From the NCBI RefSeq assembly GCF_035084215.1, contig NC_090352.1, positions 28,830,001 to 28,894,000 of the forward strand: DNA of 64,000 bases. Direction: 5' to 3'. Below the pieces are notes generated by a model. It searched no databases, was not told where the DNA came from, and saw nothing but the letters and a program-made list of their open reading frames with translations. A program made the position numbers and the translations under genes. This document shows, in pieces, positions 48,849 to 61,472 of this stretch (position 1 is its first letter; the number at the start of each line of letters is the position of its first letter). This DNA comes from Heptranchias perlo. Its lineage: Eukaryota.

Positions 48849-51112
48849 CTGTAGAAAATGATAGAGGTTCAAAGAAATTTGCATTTTGGGTTTATTTTCT
48901 TTCCTTCCCCTACGGTCGAGCAAACGCTGAGTAGTTTTCAGGCGTACATGGTCCAAATGCTTCCACGCAGGGACCAAGGGAACACAAATTGAAGGGAGGG
49001 CCATCTTGGGCTGCACCTTCAAATAGCCATTTAGTAGAGACACAGGTAGGGACCAGGGAGCAATCACTTGCCAACCCTCAGCCTGGGTATGCTGGGTGGC
49101 ATCGGGACTAGGGAAAGTGGAAAGTAAGCTCTCTAATGGCTCAGAGGTAACAGCACCATTTCTGAGCCATACAGACCAGTTCGGTCCCAGGTTTAAGCCC
49201 TCGCCTTGTTAATTCAGCTGATCTCAGCCATGGCAGGGGTTGAGGTGCTACAATTGGCTACAGTGCCCCTGGGTCAGGGAAGGATAAAAATATGAATCTT
49301 ACCTAAGCTTCCAACTCCTGATTGCTATCGAGCAGCTCTACACTGCCCCCCCCCACTCCCTGAACCCAACACAGTCTCGTCCAACATCAGTACCCACACT
49401 TTCCAACCTGAATCACTAGATAATGATCAAGGATAGGAACCCAAGCTGCTTTTCCGCCCAGCCTAGGCCAATTGTAGCATCCCTATCGACACTCGCGAAC
49501 AGCTACCTCTGCACACATTAGGGATCAAACTGGGACCTTGCTGACCTGTGTGGCTCAGTTCTACACTGGGCGGTGCACACACTGTCAAGGAGCTCAATAT
49601 TGCAATTTTTAATATACTCATTTGTATTGCTTTTGCGCATCGCTGGTAATATTTTATTGTAACTGTATTCAGCATTGTACTGATGATTAATTGCACCCAT
49701 CTGGATCCAGCAGATAGGATCGCTTTTGTAAACTAGGTAAAAGTGAACTAGTGTGAGGGTGAAAGACCAGTGCAGGCACAGATGCAAATTGCACTGCTCA
49801 CAGCAAGTGCTGTGGATGATGGCATTCCTGTCTGTTCAACAAGGTTTGGGTTAATATAATGCCCACCTCACTGCAAGTTTCCAGTATGTGTCATGTCCAG
49901 GCTCTTACTCACCATAGCTCAGACAATCCATCGGAGTAAATTATGTGATGTGGCAGTTCAACTCCTCCAGCTTCATTTTCGTGCATTTAAGCAAAATAGA
50001 ATCTGCTCAGACAACTACGTGGCCAAAGCCCGGGTGATAAAATGAGAAAATCATTTCCTCATTGTCAATATGAAGATAAACATTATGGTGCCGGGAGCTT
50101 GAAAGCAGAAATAGCTAATATGCTTTGAAGTGGAAGATCCAAGCAGATCATAGTTGCCACAAAGAAATTAAAAACAAGCTCACAAAAGGAGCCTTTTTGA
50201 TCATTAGCTTAACAAGCCAGTCGTGGTTTATACAAGTTATTTCACTCTCACTCACCTCCCCCCCCCCCACCCCTCCCCGCCTGCCACACACACCTCCTTC
50301 TAAGCAATGCTTGGTCATTGCTACTCTGATTCCTTCCCTAGCAGTTCCTCGAATGAAGTTTTCAGCAGCAGAAAGAATGAGATAGGCACAAATATGGGCG
50401 ATATTTCAGAGGTGTAAGTAGGTAGCCTTGGTAATCAATTGGATGTGACGTTTGAAGTTGAGATCAACCAGGACACCAAGGTTGCAAACTGTCGGGCTGA
50501 ATGCCAATAGGCATTCAGGAAGGGGGGTGGGATCAAGAGCAAGGATGCAGAGTTTTTAAACAGGGACCAAGCTGCAAGGCTTCGGTCTTGCCGGCATTCA
50601 GGTGTTAATGTCATCCAGAGCACAGATGAAAGATTATCATTCCTTCAATTCCCCCTCCACCCATGATCTGCATTTGAATAACAAACCAGAACACTGCCCA
50701 GGTGCAATCACTTTCTTAGTGATTGTCAATACCCAGTAATTCACAGCTTTTATGGCTACAGTCTGCCAATCACCTGAACTGAAAGAATCTCATTTATTTA
50801 CAAATGAAACTATTCACAACAGATTTAGTCACATAAAAGTGCTTCTTTCTTGCTTTATTGGTGTTAGAGGGGTGTTGGTCAGACATTGACCTGAGTGAAT
50901 CTGGCAAGTTATTTGGTGTTACCATCAGCTGTGCAAGACTGAAGCGTCTGGAGCCAGTGGCATAGAGCAATATGAAAACAGCTTACCTGCACAGACCTTA
51001 ATGTCAGCAGCACAGTAGGTGCGAAGGTTGTCATATAACCTCAATGCAACATTTAAAATATCAGACCTGATAATGCACTGGGTGGGGCGGGGAAGAGCAC
51101 CATGATTTCAGC

Positions 51113-51420
51113 TTGTACACTCCTCCAGCCCTCCGAGATCTCTGCGCTCCTCCAATTCCGGCCTCTTGCGCATTACCGATTTTCATCAATCCACCATTGG
51201 CAGCTATTCCTTAAGCTGCCTGGGCCCTAAACCTCTCCCCTTCTCTCTCCTCCTTTATGACGCTCCTTAATACCTACCTCTTTGACCAAGCTTTTGGTCA
51301 CCTGTCCTAAAAATCTCCTTATGTGGCTTGGTGTCAAATTTTGTTTGACAACACTCATGTGAAGCACCTTGGGACATTTTACTATGTTAAAGGCGCTATA
51401 TAAATGTAAGTTGTTGTTGC
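51113..51420 (+). mobile_element. L2-type LINE 3' fragment
   Basis: Degenerate LRSS...LLNTYLFDQAF coding remnant followed by tail gtgaagcaccttgggac...aaaggcgctatataaatgtaagttgttgttg. Confidence 0.75.
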
Positions 51421-52935
51421 ATGTAGTAACTACCGTAGGTATTGTCGTCACACTGACACCACTGTGCTTTTGAGGTTTCTTTCAAATAGCAACTCAGTGT
51501 GAGGGAGCCCATTTATGAAGGGATGATCATTTAAGGTTATTTGGTAGAGGTGCAGGTTTTGTAATGTTTTTAATCTAACAAATCACTTCAACTTTCAAAC
51601 TTTAGACAACCCAAACTTTTAAAACTAGGTAAGTCAGCACAATTTATGGCACCCATCAATTTATTTAAAAGGAGAAAAAAAATTATATTTTCCTAAAAAA
51701 AAATTATTCTTGGCAAATCAAATTCTTCAAATCATGTCTAAGAACATCTGTTAATATTCACTCCTGCCAAGTTGATGCAAAGAAAAACAAAAAAGATTTT
51801 GGCAGTGTTTAAAATGATTGCAGTATCCCCCGACTGCTTTTCTAAGTGGTAGGAATATACTAAAAATGGCAACGAGGCAGGCCTGCTTGTTTACTTTGGC
51901 AGGGAATCCCCTCAAGATGTGCCAAAAAAATTATATACTTATATAAAGCATCTGTTTTCAGAAATGAGAATATTGAAAATCATAAGTATTGGAGCCTCTG
52001 CTGTCAAAAATGGCCATCTCACTTATTTGCAAATAGGAAAACATTCTTAAATAATGGGGTGTACTCATATCTTCCATTAACAAGCAGTTCGGAGAGAATT
52101 TCCAGCTTTCTATTTGCTAGCCAATAAATCAGTATTAGGGGGAGTCCCGTCACACTCCTTCCCGCATCAATTATTCTTCCACCTCCAATTTTCTTGCTTC
52201 TCTTCCTGAAGGCACCAAATTACTGAGGTATATTCCCATGGGCACCAGCATCCCTCCAGTTCCTTGTGCTTTCTTCATGTGTAACTCTAAAGAGTGAATG
52301 TCAGCAGGGAAGTCAACCATCCGGAAACATCACAGTCCTGCCTGTCTTGTTCACGTTTGCACACTTTCCGTACAGGGTTCATTGGCTAGCAATCAGGAGC
52401 TGAAAACCAGAGTGATTTTCTTCCCTCCCTCACCCAGCGGTGCTGACGCCAGTTACAAGCTACTGCCACTTTAGCAGAGATTGGCTAACTCAGCACAGAC
52501 CCAGAATTGAACCCAAGATCTTCCCAGTCCATGTGACTCAGTTCCACTTTGAGCAGTGCATTTGTTATTGGAGGTGCTCGGTCACATTTTTTAACCCATT
52601 AAGGACTGTAGCAGAAATTCTGTACCGCATTGATAATTATTACGTGACTGCAATACACGTCAATTAGTTTCTTTTGCCAGTAATCTACTACCAAAAAAAA
52701 TTGCCATGCACTTACTTATTATAAGCTCTTCTGTCACTATCTATTATTATTTCACCCCATATCACACTATGATACTGGTTGCAAAAAAAAGTGTAAATGA
52801 TAATATCCTTTACCACATAGAATAGCTTAACAAATAGTTGGCAGTGAATTTAAAATGGAAAATTCAATCTCAAAGATATGCTGACATTTATAAACAATTT
52901 GTGTGTATCTGTTGCAGGTTATGAGCCTTTTAACT

Positions 52936-53212
52936 GGAGAAGGTTGTGTGTTCGAGTCCCACTCCAGGAACTTGATCACAAAATCCAGGCTGACACTGCA
53001 GTGCATTGCTGAGGGAGTGCCGCATTGTTGGAGGTGCCGTCTTTCGGATGAGACGTTAAACCGAAGCCCCGTCTGCCCTCTCAGGTGGACGTAAAAGAAC
53101 CCATGGCATTCTTCGAAGAAGAGCAGGGGAGTTCTCCCCAGTGTCCTGGCCAATATTTATCCCTCAACCAACATCACTAAAACAGATTACCTTGTCATTA
53201 TCACATTGCTGT
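52936..53212 (+). mobile_element. Deu-domain SINE, truncated
   Basis: Well-preserved core ggaggtgccgtctttcggatgagacgttaaaccg. Confidence 0.85.
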
Positions 53213-53864
53213 TTGTCTTTCTTTCATTTATGTAAGTCTTTCTTTCTTTTATACCTTCTACATAACCGTCCACAGTACACTGCCTTTCCAGGACCAGTGA
53301 TTCTGAAATCTAAACACAGTGGAAAAATTACTGCAATCAGTTGCTTGCTAAATTATCCTCCAGCATCTGTTTTTCTGCCTCTGACATGTATGATTATGAT
53401 TCAGTACATTACAGTGGACTGCATTTTTGTAAATTACTTTCCTTGTCAGCTGACAATATCTCAACCGTGGCATCAGTGCTCTGTGCTGATAGGTAGCATG
53501 GTTTTAGCTGATTAAACATCAGCAGTACCCTTGCTCGGGAGTTTCTAAGCTGTGGCTGTTGCCAACCTGTGCCTAAGCTAATTGGACTTGGGTAAGTGAG
53601 GTGTGCCCTGACAAGGAGAGTGTACAAGCATATTGGGTGAACAGAAGCCCTCTGGATTTCTCAGTAGCTTCTCATGGAAACTCTTAAAACAGGATGAAGG
53701 GTTTCTACATGCACCGACATCCAGCTGGACCCCTTCCCACAAATGAAAAAAACCAGAGGATTCTGAAGGGGAAAGGTCCAGGGAGTGTGCTCCAGGGTAT
53801 AATGCAGTCTTGGGATTCAGGAAATAAGCCAAATCCTCTCAATGCATATTATACCCTTACTGGT

Positions 53865-54021
53865 CATGATGTGGAGATGCCGGTGATGGACTGGGGTTGA
53901 CAATTGTAAACAATTTTACAACACCAAGTTATAGTCCAACGATTTTTATTTGAAATCTACAAGCTTTCGGAGGCTTCCTCCTTCCTCAGGTAAATGTCAG
54001 GAGCTCCTTGAAGCCTACGCA
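53865..54021 (-). mobile_element. Family A insertion with hammerhead
   Basis: Near-identical to 22933-23058; duplication TTACTGGTCA at 53857-53866 and 54022-54031. Confidence 0.78.
53955..53995 (-). ncRNA. Minimal type I hammerhead ribozyme motif (family A)
   Basis: ATTTAC-CTGAGGA-A-GGAGG-AAG-CCTCC-GAAA-GC-TT-GTAGAT. Confidence 0.7.
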
Positions 54022-56612
54022 TTACTGGTCAGTCTATGTAGAATATAGTATGTCCCGAATTACCCTGGAATCTACTACAATTTTTGCCTTCTCATAAACT
54101 GCATGATGTCACTACAAAAGAATACCCTCCATGAAAGTAAGCTGCTCTTATCTGTTTTAATTCAGATATCAGCGTCCATGAGCTGCTTCTTAGCATTTCG
54201 TGGTTAAATCTATTTTTCTGTAGCTTGATGGCAGACTCATACACTGATGTCCTGAAATCCGAATTAAAAAAATATAAAAGTAATGTAAATTAGCATTGAT
54301 TACGGAGGCACAGCACAATGAAGCATTTAAAACTCAAACTCCATCCTCAATATGTATTTTATGCAGAAGTACAGACACAAGGGACTGAATTACAAAACTG
54401 TAATCTAAAGCTAAGTGTTCAGATAGTGTTCAAAGATGTTTATCACATCCCTTGATTGGGTTATGGACTTGCAGCTCACTCACAGGTATCCATTATGCTA
54501 GATGTAATTTCTTGTCAGCTTAAAATGGACCGCAAATAGATTGATGTTCTTATGCACTAAAGGGCAATTGTGGAAAATACAACAAGGCTAGAATTTCACC
54601 AGCAAATGTAACACAGTGCGTGAGCATCCAAGATTTCTAATGTGGTAACCTGGCTGAACCTTCTGCTACTTGTACAGACCTATTTAGCTAAATTTTAATT
54701 GAGGATGTGAGTCATTGAATGGTGCAAAGTTGATGATTTATAATAATCCCGCTGTATGTGCAGAATAACTAAATGGAATAGGTTGTGTTCATTGACAACT
54801 AGGTACCAGGTCATAGTGCCATGCCAATAAAACTGTGCACTTTGCATTGGTGTATCAGGATTACAACTGAATAATCAGAAGGAAAACTCCTTAAATGATT
54901 TTTAACAGGCCAGCGCCTCATAGTGGCTCAGTTAATAAAGGCAGTGTATCATTTGGCCTTGCACGCCAGAAGATGTCAGTGAGTGGTGATTTTTTTCATT
55001 TCAGTAGGGAAGCAATTGCCCTCAGTGCCCAGGGAGGGAGGAGAAAATCAATCGGGGTTCCTGCTCCTGGTCATTATCCAGTAACCCCTGCTGGGAAGTA
55101 CACGAGTGGACAGTGGGTAAAGGACATGATTGGGCACAACATTAATACCCACCATAGTCAAATAGTGACTGCTGATGCTCACTGGGCTCATAGATGATAA
55201 AATGGCAACCAGGGCAAAATGCACCTGTGGAATTGCACCTAGTGCGAGTATATGTCTTCAAGTAATATGGGGGTACAAAATTGATAGACAAAATTGGCAA
55301 AAAAAAGTGGATGGAGTCTGATTTCCCGTATTGCACAGAAGGAAGTGAACCAGCTTTACTTTTTTTTTTATTTTAAGTACGTTCCAGCCTTGAAAGCATT
55401 AAACTGATCCCACTGTCCCCTCAATTAAACTTGTAACCATTTAATTCCAATTAAATTCTGTCCATCAAATTGTTCAAGCTGCTGAACTGCTGGAGTGTCT
55501 GTCTTTAATACTATTGGTGGGGACCATTCTGCCATTACAGGGCACCTTTCAGATGCAAGTTATGAACGCTGATGTCAGCCATTTGAACAAAGTAATTTAT
55601 TGGTGGTTTTCTGTGGCAGCTGTGAAAACCATCGGAGTTTCTACCCAAATTAGTACCAAAAAAAAAGCTTGGAATTAGTCCCGGAAAATGTCATAATAAA
55701 ACTGTAAAACATTACAAATGTCTGCACAAGATTTAATTTGCAGCTACTTCCTCTGATCCCGTATTACATGTCACCAAGCTCGTTACTGAACTGAATACCT
55801 GGCACTGCTAATGAAGCAAAAATCTGGTTGCATTTAACTCTGGGTCTTGGTTTAGTGCTAATACCAAAGGAATTTATAGGAGGCCCAATTTGCAGACAAG
55901 TTTCCTAACACTAGGATATATTAACGTATTAATGGCAAAGTGCAGCGTGTGACAACCGAAGGCATTTTGTAGTCTTAACTGTCTCAATAAGAACCATTTA
56001 GTGAGATACAGTCATAGTATTAAGAAGTTATGCATAGTCATAGTATGGGTTTTTGCAATCAGAACAGAATGTGAAAATATGGGGAACATTTGGCTACTCA
56101 AAGCCTATTCCCAAATGCCAACAATACCAGACATTCAGCGGTATTTATACAAAAAGGCACCTAGAATGCTGCCGCAAAAGCATGTCCGTTCCTTCACTTT
56201 GGTCACTTTCTTCTGGCTTTGTCCAGTACCAGCCAATCTCTGATCCAACGTAAAAACAGCAGCTTCAAACTGAATGCTTCAGCTCATCTTGGAATGGATT
56301 CATCTCCTAAAGCTACAGTGAATTATACATTGTAAAAAAAAAAGATTAAGTGATATTTAAATAATCCTCTGTATACTATTTACAAAACAGTATCCCCCCA
56401 CTATATACTCATATTGACAGTACTCTTTTGCTTAAAACAGCATTAAGCACTTTCGAATTAGTTATGCTCTTGGAATATATGATTATGTGTTAACTATACA
56501 TAGAGTCTTGCTCATAGACCACTAACAAAATGTTTAAAGAGAACACACTTAGCTGAGAATACAAAGACATACAACTAAAACAATTAGAAATTGTTCAAAG
56601 TAGATTCCTTAC

Positions 56613-56771
56613 GTTTTACTGCCAACAACGTGTTTCCGTGACAACATGCAACAGAAGTAACAATGTAGGGGTTAGTTTCATCCAGCTGTGCTTGCTTAGG
56701 TATTCTAGTGTCCTCTTCTTTCCTTCCCAGTCTTCCTCTGGCACCCTTTCCCCATGTATACACTTCACCTT
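56613..56771 (-). CDS. NEK8: NEK8 penultimate coding exon, last RCC1 repeat
   Basis: 159 nt between TTAACAG| and |GTAAGG; encodes GEVYTWGKGARGRLGRKEEDTRIPKQAQLDETNPYIVTSVACCHGNTLLAVK; phase 1 is compatible with the upstream exon. Confidence 0.95.
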
Positions 56772-56942
56772 CTGTTAAAGTAAAAGGAGATGCTTTTGGC
56801 ACCCTGTAGTAATACACTCCAATTTTTGCTGCTTTATTCAGACAGGAGGTACTGTTCTATAACTAAGATGCTAGTTTTGCAAAACTGGTAATCATGAGAT
56901 TCTCAGAGGTGCTCAAGTTCAAATATGTAAATCTTACTGAGT

Positions 56943-57360
56943 GGAGCTCTCCTGATAGTTCAGTGGCTAAAAGTACTGTCTAGAATGATAATATGCCACG
57001 TAGACCAGCAAAATCCCAAGTTCTATCTTTGTCCAGTTCTATTTTTAGCTGATTTTAGCTGAGACAGCAGTTGGGTGCAACAATTAGATTCAATGCCCCA
57101 GGGCTGGGAGATACTTTCAGCTGGAATTCCTGCTTCTCCTTGTTACCTTGTGACTGCTGGAAAGAACACACATGTGGACATCAGATGTGGATAGAATCAA
57201 GGTCAACCACCATGCCCCCGAAGGTTGTATAGCTTGTTGACATTCACTGTCTATGCTCACAATTGAAGAATGACCACTTGGGCACGATACCGTAAGGCAA
57301 CTTGCGCCCATGGAACTGTATCCCTGCAAAAGGTGATGCCTTCAAGAGAGGGGGATGAAA
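56943..57360 (+). mobile_element. Second SINE family, near full-length copy
   Basis: Colinear with 268-848. Further partial copies near 8750-9040, 10400-10770, 13170-13440, 18880-19010(-), 46225-46330, 52170-52540(-), 54915-55230, 58925-59050(-) and 62810-63130(-). Confidence 0.6.
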
Positions 57361-57570
57361 AAATTGGAGGGGGTGTGGGATAGACAGACGATAGATAGAT
57401 AGAGAGAGAGATATAGACAGAGAGGCACTGTGGCAGGCAGACAAAGAGAAAAAAAAACTCATTGATCAGCTTTTCTAAGCTAAGGGGCATGGCACTGATA
57501 ACAAACAACCACCATTTAAGCATGATACTAGAGGCCACAAAAGTAAATAAGGACCGGATAGTCCGTGTCA

Positions 57571-58300
57571 AGGATTCACTTTGATCATTACTTCCAAAAA
57601 ACAAGTCTAAAACTAAAGGGTTCACTCACTGAGAGCACCATTGATTGCTGTTGGAGACAATTAACAACTTTTTTATTGCCAGAGGATGCTGCATACCTTG
57701 CTGAATGGAAATCTACTGATTCCTTTTTTCCCATTCCAATTTATTCCCTTTATCCTTTCTTTTCTGAAGTCAGTGACTTGTATCTGGATCTATATAAATC
57801 AGAGTTAGTGACTGAAGGATTAGCATTGACCATGTCAACATTTAACAATAGGTTAGTTAGGTGGTTGAAGGAAAGGGATATGGGAAGAGTGTGAGCTTGT
57901 GAGATTAAGACTACTGCTCATGTCAAGGATAAATTCAACACACACTGTTTGGGCCAAATGGCCCATTTCCCTGTTGTAATTTCTATGCAAGTCCCCCAAA
58001 CTGACAGAAAGACCACCTGTTCCTAGCTTCAATCAAATTCTATTTCACTCCCAGCTTCAAATACATTGTTCCTGGCATGGATTCATTTTGGCCTTTACTT
58101 CCAAAAACAAGTCGAAAACTGAAAGTTTTTCACTCACCGAGAGCACCATTGATCGCTGTTGCACACTATTAGCAACTTTTTATTGCCAGAGGATATTGCA
58201 TACCTTGTTGAATGGAAATCTACTGATACCTTTTTTCCCACTCCAATTCATTCCATTTATCCTTTCTCTTCTGAAGTCAGTGACTTCTATCTGGATCTAT
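57571..58300. repeat. Diverged direct duplication of about 225 bp (57571-57794 and 58079-58301)
   Basis: Shared ttacttccaaaaacaagtc, gagagcaccattgat, ttattgccagaggat, gaatggaaatctactgat and tctgaagtcagtgactt. Confidence 0.85.
57810..57990 (+). mobile_element. Old CR1-like 3' fragment
   Basis: Ends tgggccaaatggcccatttccctgttgtaatttctatg, a CR1-type tail. Confidence 0.5.
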
Positions 58301-59788
58301 ATCCACAGGCATTTGCAGCTACTCATTACCTTATTCAAATGTTGAGTCTTTTATTCTGATCCTGGACGGCAAGGGCTAGATTTTTCACTTGAGTTACATT
58401 TCCCCGGACTTGAGCGGACGGAGACAGAAGCTTCTTCAGCAGCCGTTCCCCACTCTTCCCCACCATTTCTGGGATTTCCCACTGGTGGTGACAGGGGAAG
58501 AACAATATGTCCATCCATATATGGGCGACTGTGTTGTAATGTTATGACAATAACAAAAATACATCATTCAACATATTTTTCTTCATTTGTGCCGTAACAA
58601 TGAGCTTCATACCTGGATTCCTGCATTACTATGGATGGTGGGAGGACCGTCAAAATTTAAATAGCCGAAAAGCAATTGATCGCAGAGTGACTGATTGCAT
58701 AGGCCTAGGCACGGTTTTATTTAAATTTAATTTTTTTCCCCCTACTTTATCAGGCAGCACGTCACGCTGCAATAGGCTTTTGAGACCTGCTCCAGCTAAC
58801 CTCTGCCCCCCTCTACACTCCTCCGAGGCAGGCTCACAGCCAGAGAGTCGGCCTAAAATGCAAATGATCCTGAGGCTGGGGTCGGGGGTGCCTCTTTGCA
58901 AAAAGGGAAGTTCCTGGCCCAATCGTTACCAGCAGCAGGAACCCTGGCTGATTTTTCCCCTCCCTAGATCAGGGCTGCCACAGCCAGTTGTTGTGCTCCT
59001 ACTGCAATTCCAGCTGAGAACAGTTAACTCAGCACAAACCAAGAACTGAGATTTTGGGATCTTTCTGGTCGGCAAATCTCATAGTACATTTACCCACTGA
59101 ACCATTAGGACGGCTACCTGTGTTTTTTTTTTATTCTTGTAAAAAAAAATCTCCCAATTTAAAAGATCTCTTTGCTTCCCTGGGTGTTTGAGTCAGCAGT
59201 AACAAGCAGTGCGGAAATGATTAGCAACAAGAGGCTGTTAACAACCTCTCCAAAGCAATGGAAACACAGTGAAACTCATCTTTCCTGTACACAAAATAAT
59301 AAAAATTAATTAGTCCTAGGATTCAGATATCGGTGCAATGTTCAGCACGTTAGACATAAGCTGTTTGATTACTGGTGTCTACTTTTAACTGCAGGCAGCA
59401 AAGCGAAAAAAGGGCAGATTTTAATGATATAAATTTCTTGCATTTCCACAAATGAAGGCTTCATAATGTTCAGCACAATCATAATATTAAGAACAATAGT
59501 TTGATAGAAAGTGGTTTATAACCTCCACTGGGCCATGTAATGATTCTAATAACCCAAAGGCTACTTTCAAATATTTTAAGGGAATGGATTTATCAAGATT
59601 AGTGTAATTTTAAAAGCTGGAGTTAGCTGTCCATTAGCAATAATTTGATAGATCAGTCCAAGGGAGTGATTTAACTGTTCATATCACTGAATATTAATTT
59701 GAGCATCACTACTGAATTTATTTTTCAGCATCATTCAGGACTTTAATAAAATGCTAATTATCATTCCAATGATCCTGTTTCTACATAC

Positions 59789-59947
59789 CTGCTCCAATCG
59801 CTGCTGTGAAAGCATCTCCACAAGCTACCATGGTAACCTTTACTCCACTCAGGTCGGAGACCAAGTATGGTAAACGATTATTGCGACGTGCGTTGGTGCC
59901 CAGCTGACCATGTTGGTTACTGCCAAACGTATAACATTCTCCAGTTT
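59789..59947 (-). CDS. NEK8: NEK8 internal exon, RCC1-repeat region
   Basis: 159 nt between TTTCAG| acceptor and |GTATGT donor; encodes TGECYTFGSNQHGQLGTNARRNNRLPYLVSDLSGVKVTMVACGDAFTAAIGA, a NEK8-type RCC1 repeat. Confidence 0.93.
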
Positions 59948-60339
59948 CTGAAATGAATAAAGACAAAGACAGTCACCTTCTTTCTGAATCCTTAAATAAA
60001 AGGCTAAGTTGGACAGCCTGATGGCACAGCTCAGTGGTGTACTAACAGAGAAGTGGCTTAGTATATAGGTTTGGTACTAGAATCAACCACCCAAGGTATA
60101 GTTCTAGTTTAGGTCAAGGGGAGGAGGAAAAGATGGAGAGAAAGGTTGGCACCAAATATAATTAAAGCACTTTATGCTGGAGAGGAGGTTAGGAAGAGTC
60201 AGCGTGCATTGCAGTTGCTCACCTCTTCGCAACTGGCTCAACAGCAGCATTGGCAAAGGTCTGGGTTCTTAGTTGTGTATGCCAATGGTGAATGCCCTGG
60301 GGAGCTTCAGGGAGCCATTAAAATAACAATTTGCATTTG

Positions 60340-60652
60340 TATCATAGTATGTTACAGCACAGAAGGAGGCCATTCGGCCCATCATGCCTGTGCCGGTTCT
60401 TTGAAAGAGCTATCCAATTAGTTCCACTTACCTGCTCTTCCCCATAGCCCTGTAAATTTTTTCCCTTCAACTATTTATCCAATTCCCTTTTGAAAGTTAC
60501 TATTCTGCTTCCACCACCGTTTCAGGCAGTGCATTCCAGATCATAACAACTCTCTGCGTCGCCTCTGGTTCTTCTGCCAATCACTTTAAATCTGTGTCCT
60601 CTGGTTACCGACCCTTCTGCCACTGAACAGAGTTTCTCCTCATTTACTCTGG
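60340..60652 (-). mobile_element. CR1 3' fragment
   Basis: Reverse complement closely resembles 11590-11880. Confidence 0.85.
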
Positions 60653-61023
60653 ACTACTATCGCACCTTTAATGTGGAAAAACATCCCACGGTGCTTCACA
60701 GAAACATAAATCAAACAAAAACACATTTCAGGTCAAAGAGAATTTAATTGCTGTTTGGTTGGGGAACTTTACAGATAGAATGTGCTCCTCAGTTTCAGGC
60801 TACAGCAGAGTAGCATCTAACATTACATTTTAAAATTGTTTAGCATCTGTCACAAAGTCTGATATGTGGAGTATGACGTCTAGATAAATGATTCATGAAT
60901 CTCTTTTGCCATTGCTCATTATTAGCCAGATCATGCACTGTTTTATAAGGACAGGCAGTATGCCATGTAATGTGCAAGGTTAAATGCTGAAGTATAGACG
61001 TGCGCCCCTTTATGAATATTATT

Positions 61024-61472
61024 AGCTGTGGCTCAGTGGTAGCACTCTTGCCTCTGTGTCAGAAGGTTGTGGGTTCAAGTCCCACTCCAAGGACTTAAGC
61101 ACAAAATCTAGGTTGACACTCCAGTGCAGTACTGAGTTCTGTACTGTTGAGGTGCCGTCTTTCAGATGAGACGTTAAACCGAGGCCCCGTCTGCCCCCTC
61201 AGGTGGACAAAATAGATCCCAAGGCACTTTTCGAAGCAGAGCAGTGTCCTAGCCAATATTTATCCCTCAACCAACACTACTAAAACAGATTATCAGGTCA
61301 TTATCTCATTGCTCTTTGTGGGACCTTGCTGTGCGCAAATTGGCTGTCGCGTTTCCTACATTACAACAGTGATTACACTGCAAACGTAATTCACTGGCTG
61401 TTTAAATAAATGTCCCTTTGGGATGTCCTGAGGTCGTGAAAGGCGCTATACAAATGCAAGTCTTTCTTTTTT
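61024..61472 (+). mobile_element. Full-length tRNA-derived Deu-domain SINE (SacSINE1-like)
   Basis: A box TGGCTCAGTGG, B box GGTTCAAGTCC, core gacactccagtgcagtactga...gtgccgtctttcagatgagacgttaaaccgaggcccc, and an L2-like tail. Family name is from recall. Confidence 0.85.

Noticed and set aside
58600-59049. 149-aa plus-strand ORF
   Set aside because: Antisense in a NEK8 intron, overlaps repeat fragments, and has no recognisable domain.
61024-61095. tRNA gene
   Set aside because: The A and B boxes belong to a SINE head that continues into the SINE body; the same applies to the other copies.
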